A stretch of DNA of 63,718 bases, the filler included, from Rhabdomonas costata (taxonomy: Eukaryota): NCBI GenBank assembly GCA_019059605.1. It is 48 parts of 48 records of this genome, joined end to end, with 100 filler letters (N's around TTAATTAATTAA, not from the genome) between each part and the next. Parts side by side here need not be neighbours in the genome. Positions count along the whole stretch, not along the records: positions 49,201 to 50,429 come from JAHMHO010022733.1; positions 50,530 to 51,758 come from JAHMHO010022734.1; positions 51,859 to 53,087 come from JAHMHO010022735.1; positions 53,188 to 54,416 come from JAHMHO010022736.1; positions 54,517 to 55,745 come from JAHMHO010022737.1; positions 55,846 to 57,074 come from JAHMHO010022738.1; positions 57,175 to 58,403 come from JAHMHO010022739.1; positions 58,504 to 59,732 come from JAHMHO010022740.1; 40 more parts are not named here. One strand, written 5' to 3'. Of this stretch, positions 49,951-61,402 are shown piece by piece. Under the pieces are notes generated by a model. That model was given only the letters and a program-made list of their open reading frames with translations, was not told where the DNA came from and did not search any database. Position numbers and translations under genes: made by a program. The first letter of the stretch is position 1. Each line of letters starts with the position of its first letter.

Positions 49951-50658
49951 GTATCTTTACCAGGTTTACTAGGGAATAACTGCCTATATTCTCGTTGAGT
50001 GTCATGCTTACTCCCTCCCCCCCTCTAAATAGCGTGAGTCCGGGGTCCGAGTGCATGTGGAGTTGAAACTTCCCCCATCGCGTCTTTCCATCCACTTTCC
50101 CAGAGGTGAACATAGGCATGCGTTTTGGAATGCTGTTTTGAAGCAAAAGTGTGGACACCGGTTAAAGTGCTGTGTAATATATGGCCGCATGGGGTGTGCA
50201 ATTTGGCAAGGAGAGCAGCGGTGTCCCCAGCTCGGGGGAAGAAGGAAATTCCGCGAAAGGGCAGCCACGAAATTCAACGTAAATTTTCGAGGGATGGAGG
50301 GAGCGGCAGGAAGGATGGAGTTGAGGTACAGAAGCATGGGGTCCTGGGTTACGTGCCCCCGCCGGAATACATGTGATAAACGTTGGCATAGAAAACCGAC
50401 CACCCTGCTGTATAATTAGCCCACCAACCNNNNNNNNNNNNNNNNNNNNNNNNNNNNNNNNNNNNNNNNNNNNTTAATTAATTAANNNNNNNNNNNNNNN
50501 NNNNNNNNNNNNNNNNNNNNNNNNNNNNNTTGTGTGTGTGAACGAAGACCAATGCACAGAGGGCATTTCCGGTCCGATGCTTCTTGGGTGGGGTGGGGTG
50601 GGGGCGTTAAACGTTAAACGGTTTTTTTGTCGTTAAACGATGTGTTACAACACTGGAC

Positions 50659-51487
50659 CTTTTGTATTGGAGATCCTTGCCTCGGTATTTCTGGTGTTTT
50701 AGAGGCTCGCTGCGGTTGAATGTGCCCAGGAAGGGCGATGAACGGTTCACAGGAGATGCCACATATAAGGGACAGAGTTATTTTAGTGGAAAAGGCCAGT
50801 GCCGCGGCCGTACCTCGGAAATCAGCAGGTTCACAAGGTAATTCTCAGTAGAGACACATAGCAGCACGGTTTTAGGCCACGGTGAACGAGGTAGTCAGTT
50901 GCAGTACAGCGTCCGCTCTAATCTAAGAAGGCGGGACGGGGTGTCATTCCCCACAACCCCCCCCCCCATAATCGGATGAGATGAAAGACAATGATCCATC
51001 AATAATCGTTACAACTGCAAACTCTCAAACTGTCGGGTTTTGGGAGAAAAGAAACAAAATAGCCGGACAGTTGAGACCTCGCTAGCGTCTTCCAGGGAGG
51101 TATGCTGGGGCGTGGGCAGGCTCGCCGCAGGGATGGGCAGGACCACTTGGGGATGTGCAGGGTGGACAGGTGGAGTGAACTGCAGCTGCGGCTGGGGCTG
51201 CCCTGGGCTGCCCGTCTCGGCAGTGGCCTGGTGTTGCACGGGAAAATTAAGAAGAGTGAAGGTCAGAAAAGTTCCTTTTATGGTGCGTTTCTCGCCCGCC
51301 TACGGCGGAGTCTTGAATCTTGTAGTGCTGTAATCGGTAAAAAGCCCCTATTATCAGGAATGTAAGCCGTGGGAGAAGCGCAGAATGGTCGTCACGCCCC
51401 AAAATAACGAAGAAGCACTTCGGTGAGCACACCTGCATATCTTCAGTCACCTCGGAAGTCTCCACACTGCCACCAGGTGGGATGTAC
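50659..51487 (-). CDS. Unknown gene, 4 short exons
   Basis: In-phase joins give YIPPGG..EDMQ|ATAETG..EDASE|NYLVNLLISE|KYRGKDLQYK. Confidence 0.4.
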
Positions 51488-53491
51488 CTGTGTGTATTGC
51501 AGGCAGTTGTAACCAGGTCAAAATTCCAAATCTGGCAATTAATTCGGAATTTCACAGACGCCCTGTTTCAATGCAAAACGAGAGTTGCAAGCATTGCTGC
51601 AGGGTTGCAGCATCCTTAAAGCTCAATGTGATCAGTTTAAAGTTCACTTCATTTTAAGTTCAGTGACTTGACCGCAGGGATGAAAAGGAGTTTCATTCAA
51701 ATTTTCAAACGCTAAAGTTAATACTGAGTGTAATCATTTTTTCGATCCCACCCAAAAANNNNNNNNNNNNNNNNNNNNNNNNNNNNNNNNNNNNNNNNNN
51801 NNTTAATTAATTAANNNNNNNNNNNNNNNNNNNNNNNNNNNNNNNNNNNNNNNNNNNNTTGAATACAGCTTGTATTCTGGATATCTTACAACACGTCATT
51901 TTTGCGTTGGGAATTGCAGGACTGCTCCACCAGTTTCTTAATGCTTTCTCGGGCACTCATCCCATAAGTGGTCACCGTCACAGCAGTCAAAGAAAGAAAA
52001 GCGGTTGCAAGAATGAAGTGCGAGAACCCAAACTCAGTTTAAATGGAAAGCTGAAACGAAAATCCACAAAAAAGGATCAACAGTGACGACAGACCATGGA
52101 AGTTAGAATACTGAGAGCATAGCATACGTTTGGGAATAATCACGATTAAGTTGCCCGTGAAAGATCGTGAAAAAGATCACAGACCCGGGATGGTATTCTT
52201 TTTTTTGGGGGGGGGGGAACACCTATGGGTCCTCCATAGCAGTGGTCGTACGCGGCTTGAAGGGTGGGGCTTCGGGTCAACGGAACAGTGAGCGAGCCCA
52301 CGAAGAGAATGATGTGCCAAAGGAACTTGTAGTGCCGCGCCCGCTTGATGAAGTCACACGGGGAGTGCAACCTACCACCACGCACAAATATGACAAACAA
52401 AATCATCATCACACATGGAACACTGCGTTTATGATTTCTGCAAATGGAATGGGGGGCTTGACCTCTCGACCGAGGAGCTTACACGGCTGAGTTGTTTTGC
52501 GGAACCATATCCACAGAGCTAGTTGCTCCCCTGATCTGAGCTCTCAGCATGCACCGGCTTGTATGAAGCTCAGAATTGCAGGAGAACTACTGTCTCACTC
52601 AAGCGCGCGTGTGCGCGCGCGAGGGTGAGAACAATCAAACTAAACGGGACTTCCTCAGCGAACTACACAGGACACAGACACAGGAGTGTCATGCGCAAGC
52701 TGGTTTCTATTCCTGGTCCACACGCAAGAAATAAACACATATACAAGCACTGAGATCATTCCATTCTCCTTCGCCTTCTGCCATGCAAAGCCCTACTGCT
52801 AGTCGCTAGTCACCGTCACCGCCTCAAGTCAGGACCTTCTACTCAGGTCAGGGCGGCAACAGATGACCACTAACAACTGCCATTCCGCCAAAGAGCCTGT
52901 GGACCAGCTGCTGGGTCTACCGCACACATCACACCACCAAAAAGGGTTTCGGGATGGGAGCCTAGCCTCCAATTCACCGCAGCCTCGCAAAAAAATATGT
53001 TCTACAATGACATCACTTGCGGGGGTGTGGGTGGATGGGTGGTAGTGCACGTACGGGTCCACCGCGGTGACTCCGTTCAGCCACACANNNNNNNNNNNNN
53101 NNNNNNNNNNNNNNNNNNNNNNNNNNNNNNNTTAATTAATTAANNNNNNNNNNNNNNNNNNNNNNNNNNNNNNNNNNNNNNNNNNNNGTTGGGTGTTCCA
53201 TGCTGAAAAAGGGAGAAGACAAGAGAAGCCACACAGCCTCCGGATGTCTTATTTTTATTGCCGCCCTGCCGGAATTGAGGAAACGTTGCATGTAGCTAGC
53301 AGGCAAGGTTTTGTGCCACGGATCAAGCACTCTGAAAAGAACGTCAAGAATGGCATTCCTCAGTTTCTGACAGTGGCGCAGCAATGCGTGCGACCGTAGT
53401 GGCGAGCTAGACGAATTTCCCCAAGCTCTGCCGTGTCTCGGCGATCACTGGCTGTTCAGGAGGACCTGCCTACCGCATTTTCCGGGCGCAG

Positions 53492-53805
53492 GTTTGCGCG
53501 GGCAGCTCTCGGGCAGGGCTGCGGGTGCTGGACATGTGCTGCGGCAACGGCTGCATTGCCCTTGCCCTTGCCCTGGGATGCCCCATGGTGGGCTCCGCGG
53601 TGGGCTGTGACAGCGACTCCGGGGCGGTGCAGCTGTCACAACGCAATGCGGAGCTCAACGGGGCACCCGCCGGTTCCGTGCAGTGGGTCCACACCGACGG
53701 GCAGGGGCTGGCTGCCGTCTCGGGGCTCGGAGGGCCTGGGTTTGATCTCATCGTGGGTAACGTGCCGCGGATGGTGCACCGATCTCTGCTGCGGCGACTG
53801 AGCCG
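53492..53805 (+). CDS. HemK/PrmC-like SAM methyltransferase exon
   Basis: RVLDMCCGNGCIALALA..GCDSD..AVQLSQRNAELNG..FDLIVGNVP. Confidence 0.85.
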
Positions 53806-56800
53806 GTGAGTATCTCTACCACCACATTCTGTTTGGGAGGGAGGCGTTTGACGCTTAGAACCTTGAGACGTCCAAGATTTCCTAACCTCAAGCCAAAATA
53901 ATTGTCGAGGAAGCCGTGACAGAATACCCAACCCACCAGTGCAAAAAAATATCTGGGGGCACGGTTTACCTAAACCCCCGTGCAGGGTGCGACATCACCA
54001 AACAGAAAACAAAACATTTCATGGTGCTGACTGTCAGTTTTTTGAACATATACCCTTCCCCAGTCGCCCGGTTCGGAGGTCCGGTTAAGTGCATTTCCCT
54101 CTGTTTCTATGGTTTGGTGTCCTCTCTCTCTATTATCGCTTTTCCTTTTATTCCGTTATTTTTCCTTTTATCCTCCTATTATCCCTCTCATGCCCCCCTT
54201 TTTACGCTCTCTTTTGTGCCTTTTGCTACTGTACTCAGTCTCCATGATGGATATCCACGTCACGCCCTCCCAAATGTGACAGAGGAAGCTCATTTGAATG
54301 CATTGCCTCAGCGAAGCACTGCGCCGTAATCAGGCACCCGGAAACAGTTTTTCCATCACTGCACACGAGGGTACTTCTCTTCAGCTCAACGTATACATAC
54401 ACATATACACCACACANNNNNNNNNNNNNNNNNNNNNNNNNNNNNNNNNNNNNNNNNNNNTTAATTAATTAANNNNNNNNNNNNNNNNNNNNNNNNNNNN
54501 NNNNNNNNNNNNNNNNGGTGGGGGGGGACGGAAGACCCATCTGAAGCAGCTTCCGCTCATCCAGACGGAACCGAGCCCCAGAGCTCGGAAGAGCGGGGTT
54601 CGCGATCAGATTGTATTTCAGGGGCTTGCCCAGGATACGGGCGATGCGGCGCGCCAGCTCCAGGTGATCCAGCTAAAGAGAGATTGATGACGGTGGATAG
54701 GTGGGTACGATTGGAGACAATCCGCATCAACGTGGCGGACACAGGCGACACATACACAGAGCGATGTGAATCTTACGGATCTCCATATGCATAGCGATGT
54801 GGCAACCTTGGCCCTGCAGAATCGTTACGGCAACTTTCCAACTGTTTGGCACCGAGCAAGACTCCGGCATACGACCCCGCACGGCTCTGCACCCAGAGGC
54901 AACGAGGGAACACGTACGCCCGAAGCAGAAGCAGGGGGCAGAGGGCAGTGCGGCAACACCGCAAATACAAAGCATACCTCTTCCCCAGCAATGTTGTAAA
55001 TCTCGCCATGCTTGCCCTTCTCCAGCAGAAATAGGATGGCTTGGGCGATATTTCGGGCATGGACGTAGCTGAGTCACCAGGCACATTGAATGGCAACCCA
55101 TACGAATTGATATCTCCAGCGCAATGAACCAGAAAATACAGTGAATGAGAAGAGTATTGGCGGCAAGAGCGCAAAATACACGACAGCGCACGCGAGCGGT
55201 AGGGAGGAACGCACCAGCGGGCTCCGGCGCGAAGATCAGGGTCGCAGTATATATTTACCTGCAGAAAAATGGAACATACCCCAACTGGACCGACCCCTCA
55301 CAGCAAGCACACAGACAGCCCCGTGGCATCACTCTGAAGCTCAGGATTTGAGCACCCTGGCTATCGACGGGGGCATACGTCACACAGAAGCAGAGCAGCC
55401 GAAATCAGCAGCCCAAATCAGAAGCATCCAGCACTTGGGGTACACAGTAGTTGTGGAGTATATAACCTCTGCGCTCGTACTCTGCCCCTTGGAGCACTCT
55501 GGCCTGATCCGCGCTCCCAAACCAGGTTTTGGCTCGATCCCATCGTGGAGAAGCTTGACTGCCAGGTTTTTCCACAAAGCCATCTTGAGCCCTCCACTCC
55601 CCAGCTGCAAGGGCTTCTCTCAAACTCTGAAGGGCCAGCAGCATGGGTCTCCCTCTCCAAGCTCTCCCCTTCCAGCATCCTCTATTGACGCTCTTTTCCT
55701 CTACAAGACAGTAACTGGGGGCCATGGGCGATCTTCTCCCCACCCNNNNNNNNNNNNNNNNNNNNNNNNNNNNNNNNNNNNNNNNNNNNTTAATTAATTA
55801 ANNNNNNNNNNNNNNNNNNNNNNNNNNNNNNNNNNNNNNNNNNNNCTTCCGCTTTCACCCTGGATACTGCCCCGATGTATGTCCTGCGAAAGTCTGTTTT
55901 TCAGAGATACGAGTAGGGCATTGAATGGGGTTCCCGAAGTTCTCGTGCATTACTTCTGCTCTGGAATGTGGGGTGTACCTGGTAGATCGCGGGCACACCT
56001 CATTTCGCAGCCAAGTTTCCCCAGTAAACAAATATCCCTGTAAGAGGTGGCATTGCATCATCAAGTTGGATTTGTTTTGGCTCAGGCCCCTCCGGTTCGG
56101 CTGCTGTGAATAACCCATGACCACTGGTCTGCCCCTGAGCGCAGTGGAAATTTCATGTTTGTGTTTGTAGCATTTCTCGGAATGAGGGCTTTGCAACTGT
56201 TCATGTGCGTGCGTGGTTCAAGATCTACCACCCAACAAGCAAAGAGGACTGAGAGAATTCTACCGTTTTAAAATGGACGCTCACCACCCGAATTCGGACG
56301 GCCGCCTCCATGTACTTTACTCGTTTAAAGCCTCCGGCCTCATCTCCGCAAGCGGGTCTTTCCATTGAAATTCCCACCCCCCTTTCCCGTTCAACAGCAT
56401 CGCTCCCTATGTTTTGGCGTTGGAGAACCCGTCCTTGAGTTCAGGCCCGCTTTCAAGGCACGGATTCCCTTTGCGCCAGCATTTTTGTTTTCTGCCGCTT
56501 GTGTCCTTGACTCTTGAGTCCTATTCCGTTTAATTTCACGCTTTGCCGGCTTTGTTTCTCAAAATTGTGCCCCATCAGCCCCAATTCCCGTTCGCCCCCC
56601 ACACAAACATAAAACGAACGCACCAACCAACGTTAACCCCCCTCCGGGAAGTGGGGCGAGTCACACATGCTTTTCATCCGTTACAAAAATTCAACGTGGA
56701 ATCACCTATTGAATTCCCCTTGCCCTTTTCCAGCCTCCTCCGCCGTTTGGCGGGCATGCCTTTCTTTGGGCTCGCCCTACCCCGTTGCCATTTATCTAGC

Positions 56801-57174
56801 GTGTCAAGGGTTGTGTTTTTTTCACCTTCCCGGATTAGCCAACGGCGCCATCCATCAAGGCGCTGCCTTGCTGTACCATCCGTCGCCAGCCATCCCGCCC
56901 GAAAGGGATGTTTGTATCTTTCCCATAGCAAAAAGGAGGTGACCTAAAAGAAACGCTGGGTTCAAGGGAAGAACCGGCCCCCGGCTGAAATTGAGCTTTG
57001 GGACAATCAATGCGGGCACAAAGGCTCCGCGCAACCTTGATTATTATCAAACTTTTCTTTTCATTCCGTCATTGNNNNNNNNNNNNNNNNNNNNNNNNNN
57101 NNNNNNNNNNNNNNNNNNTTAATTAATTAANNNNNNNNNNNNNNNNNNNNNNNNNNNNNNNNNNNNNNNNNNNN

Positions 57175-57565
57175 CTCCACATAGTGCGAAATGCCTGAAG
57201 TTGCAAGCGTAACCTTCCGCGCTACGTGACGTGTGGTCTTAAACTTCCGATGCGCTGTGGTTCCATGGAAACAGGCACTATTCGTTGAGTCGTTGAGTGG
57301 TCCTCCTTCGACGATTCCAAACTGCCGCACCTCTTATCACCCTGGTCGGCCGCCGCGCAAGGAAGGCGGCGTTCTCGCCCGCGCACAAGGATTTCCGGTC
57401 TTAACTTTCGATCCATCCCCTTCGCTAAATCCGTTCTCCAGCTCCCATTCGCAAGATAAGGCGGCTTCTAACTGTGCGGCAAACCTCCTCTGAAAAACCG
57501 GCAAACTTATTCGGCTCCACATAGTGCGAAATGCCTGAAGTTGCAAGCGTAACCTTCCGCGCTAC
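57175..57565 (+). repeat. Exact 51-nt direct repeat (57175-57225 = 57515-57565)
   Basis: Direct comparison; the first copy is cut by the contig start. Confidence 0.9.
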
Positions 57566-57779
57566 CAATGCCTTCGACTTCGGATCTCTCATGGTTGAGA
57601 CTGAGACGATGAACCTGATGCGACATACAATCGAATGTCTTCCGGACGTTGTGGGGAACGTGTGAGTGGGAAGAAGAAGAAGAAGAACTGCTGGACTGCG
57701 CACTGTAATTCGGTGTGTAATTGTGTTCGTTGTGCTGTGTCCCCCCCCCCTTCACACACACGCACACACACTCCCACAG

Positions 57780-58384
57780 AATTCAGAGGGTCCACGGAAT
57801 CACCTTCCGCCACAATGGCATTCCTTGAGGAAAGCGTCTCTTCTTCTGCTCCTGCTGCGAGTGTGGGTCCGTCCCAGGGGCGCCGAAAGGCAAGCCGTTT
57901 CACCGCCATCTTTGGGGACCTGACGAGGTGCTTCTGCCCTCCGCTGTGTCGTCGTAACCTTATTTAGCTATCACATTTGGACGTGTGTGCACATTCACAT
58001 AACACATTAGCACCCGTTGTTGGAGAGGTCAAGGGCACAGTGCTGGGTTCACATAGGAGCACCAGTTAACTGGAGGGAGAAGAAAGATACGAGGAGAGTC
58101 GGGCCATGATGATTAAATCGAGCGTCAAAGAGTTTAAGGGAACTGTGTATGGCGATGAGGCTCTTTTGTTTGTATATCCACGCGGAGATCAACAAATACG
58201 TATCGCTGCTTCCTTTCCTCTTGAAATCTGTGGGCGGAAGGGATGGGACGGGGCTTTGCTCCCTCGCAGCGCTCTGGTGGATCAGCAGGGCAATCCCATT
58301 CCCTTGGAAGCCGTGGTGGCCGCCTCACGGGCCGCGAAGTCGATCCACCACCTGGCCGCGCAGCTGCACCTCTCCGAAGAGATG
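57780..58384 (+). CDS. TFIIB/BRF1-like fragment, 2 exons
   Basis: AAKSIHHLAAQLHLSEEM resembles the first cyclin-fold helix of BRF1 (IHHLGNQLQL). The join is GT-AG in phase 2. Confidence 0.45.
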
Positions 58385-58503
58385 GTCACCACTCCCAACC
58401 ACANNNNNNNNNNNNNNNNNNNNNNNNNNNNNNNNNNNNNNNNNNNNTTAATTAATTAANNNNNNNNNNNNNNNNNNNNNNNNNNNNNNNNNNNNNNNNN
58501 NNN

Positions 58504-59633
58504 GGGGTGGGTGGGCATCGCCAGCTCTGTCGTTACGTTTGGGAACTTCGGCAGCGACACCATGAAGGTGAATGCAGCATTATCTCATTCGTTTTCCTTC
58601 TGGTTTGCTGGACGATCTTTGGTGTCGCACATGGATTTCTTGGCCATATTAGCACAATTGGAGTGTAGTATAGCGGGTTTCAAACATACGGAACAATTCA
58701 AGAACATTTTGTCACCTTTTGTTCTCCTTCGGAAAGTGTGTGACGGTTGTTCCGCTGCAGAAATGAAAGCTGCAAAGCTCAGAAACATTGCGCGCAAGCA
58801 GGAAAGCGAGCATACGGAAAAAAGAGGAACACGGTGTTGGGAGGAAAAGGAGGGAAAGTGCGGAAAAGCTTCAGATTTCGGTTCCCCAGCTCACTTATTA
58901 AGGTGTACTTTGGTGGCTTGTCGTGGTTTCCGTCTCGGAATTTCTGCCAACAATTTCTCTCACCGCGTTTCCGGGGGTGGCGGGTCCGATATGGGCGGAT
59001 ATCCGCATCTTTATTTTTTGAAAGGGTACGGTTTTGGGGCGCCGAGATAGCACCCATTTTAGGCCTTCCGGACATTTTCATACTTTTTCTTGGGCCTCAG
59101 GGCCTGGGGATACTTCATGTGTGCACCGGAGTGGGCTTGCACACTGAGCTTTCTTGCATCTGCATTGTAAGAAAAGAACTTCAGGCTGGCACACCTTTTT
59201 TTCCACCTTCGATGCGTCGCTCCCTCAGGTCTTCACTGTGGTTGGAGAGTCCGTGGAGGTTGCGGTGGCGCTGCAGCGCGTGGGCTGCAAGGAGCACGAA
59301 GTGCCCATCCTGGTGACGGAGGCCGTAGCGAAGCAGGTACGCTGCGCAATCTCACATGCCCACGATCGGCTCAACGGATCAACCCCGCGCCGCTTAGATT
59401 GGCTTTTTGCCGCTGAGTGCTGACCTGTCCTTCACTTCACTTTTTTTTTCACTTCGCTCGGCATCTTTTCCCCTTCTCCTTGTGCATTTCTCGCTCGCTC
59501 AGGTGGAGTGTCACATGCCCAGCATGCCCTGCAGTGTGCTGCGGCTAGCCTACCGCAGCCCCGCGAAGGTGGTGGCGTGCCTGCAGCCCTTGCCGGAGTC
59601 CACCACAGGGGTGTCGGAAGACAAGGACTTGGA
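58504..59633 (+). CDS. Degenerate class III nucleotide cyclase domain, 3 exons
   Basis: VGIASSVVTFGNFGSDTMK|VFTVVGESVEVAVALQR..PILVTEAVAKQ|VE. Confidence 0.8.
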
Positions 59634-59994
59634 GTATGTCGTTATATATATCGTCTATCGTTATATCGCCCAACAAAGGGGAAGACATAAACGCGCTTGC
59701 GCCAGACAGCACGACGTTTTAAAACCCACAACNNNNNNNNNNNNNNNNNNNNNNNNNNNNNNNNNNNNNNNNNNNNTTAATTAATTAANNNNNNNNNNNN
59801 NNNNNNNNNNNNNNNNNNNNNNNNNNNNNNNNTTTGTGTGGTCAACAGCCGAGAGCCGATGACATTTTAACGTTTAACATTTGACATCCCCTCCCAAAAA
59901 ATGTCATCGACTCTCGGCTGTTGACCCCAAAAGACCGAACAAGAAGACGGTAACTCTGATAATGCACACGCAAGAAAGGGAGGAGGGGGAGAAC

Positions 59995-60150
59995 CTTGAC
60001 GTTGCCGTGGCGCATCGCCACCTCGGCGAGGGTCTGCCAGCACTCCGGGTCGTCCAGCTGAGTGGCCGTCTCGCGGGCCACCTCGAGGTTCCCACACTCG
60101 ATCGCCAGATTGAACCGGATGTGACTGTCCTTCACGAAGTGCATCGCCAC
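59995..60150 (-). CDS. COPA: Coatomer subunit alpha exon
   Basis: VAMHFVKDSHIRFNLAIECGNLEVARETATQLDDPECWQTLAEVAMRHGN. Confidence 0.93.
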
Positions 60151-61161
60151 CTGTTAGGGTCACAGAGCATGGGCAGTGGAAAGGGCACGTGGGTGCATGG
60201 TACATGCTTCGTGATCAGTCTGCGGGTTCTTCTCTCTGCTGAGCTTGCTGCCAGCGCTAACAATGCCAACGTGAGAAATTCATGAGATTCATGGCGTTGT
60301 CCGCGTCCTGTTAAAGCATTTCAACTGCGGTATTGAAGTGGGGGCGGTAACTGAATGACCTTTAGTCCTTTAGAACTGCCCTGCATCCAGGTCAGGAGAC
60401 CAGGAATAACTTTCTGGGATTATTGTTTGCTGCCGGAGCCTTTTGAACCGTCTTCATACTTTGAGATGAAAGTTCCAAATATTTCGGCTTTCACAGAGAA
60501 CTCGCGGTGACAGTTGACAGAGTATTTCTCTCCACCATGACTGCTTGCGGCAAACACCAACATTTAACAGACTCACAAGGAGTCCATTTTTTTGCCTCGA
60601 ACTTGCCTCGGACTGGCCACCTTGTTCTCTTGCTCGCACCTTCCACCAGGGTTTCAGCCGGAACGAGTCTCATGAATACACACGGAGTTGGGTGTAAAGG
60701 GTAACCGCTGGTACGAATACTGTCACACACCGAAAACGGCTGGAATCCATATAACGGTCTACCGCGCTGGTCTCGATTAGGCGTTAGGCTGAAAGCAATT
60801 CTGGCTATCCCAACCAGGTCTTACTCTGTGGAACATGGGGGCCAGCATGCCTCGGTGTGCTTAAATGACCGGAGACACATACACTGATTTGTGAGGACGG
60901 CATGTGGATTGGCATCCTTTCGCGGAGTGGACCAGGGCCATATTTTCATCTGATGGTCCAGCGTGTTCTACCACACACACATACACATACAAAGCGCCTG
61001 GTGCTGTGGCGTGTCCTTGTGCTGTTGACAGTTCTTTCTCTTATCGCTGTTCTGGGGGTTANNNNNNNNNNNNNNNNNNNNNNNNNNNNNNNNNNNNNNN
61101 NNNNNTTAATTAATTAANNNNNNNNNNNNNNNNNNNNNNNNNNNNNNNNNNNNNNNNNNNN

Positions 61162-61402
61162 TGTGTGGGTTGTTCGCGCTGTAATCGATATCGCTGTGCG
61201 AGAAGTACTTCCCATGGGAGGCCCCAATCAGCGTCCCCGCTGGGGTGCGGAAGAACACGAAGAGCCTCTGCTTGGGCCCCGTCAGCAGGCCCTTCAGGAA
61301 GCTGCTGACCGTGTAGACGCTGGTGAACATGGAGATGTGATGGGCGGCAAGCACATCCGTGGAGGGGATGCCGTAGTCCAGCCCAAGCTCCGTCAACCCC
61401 GT
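61162..61402 (-). CDS. Cache-like sensor exon of a receptor cyclase or kinase
   Basis: VYTVSSFLKGLL...RLFVFFRTPAGTLIGASHG; GC3-rich. Confidence 0.5.

Noticed and set aside
55405..55743. Decayed DIRS-type RNase H on the minus strand
   Set aside because: The resemblance is vague and the catalytic motifs cannot be identified.
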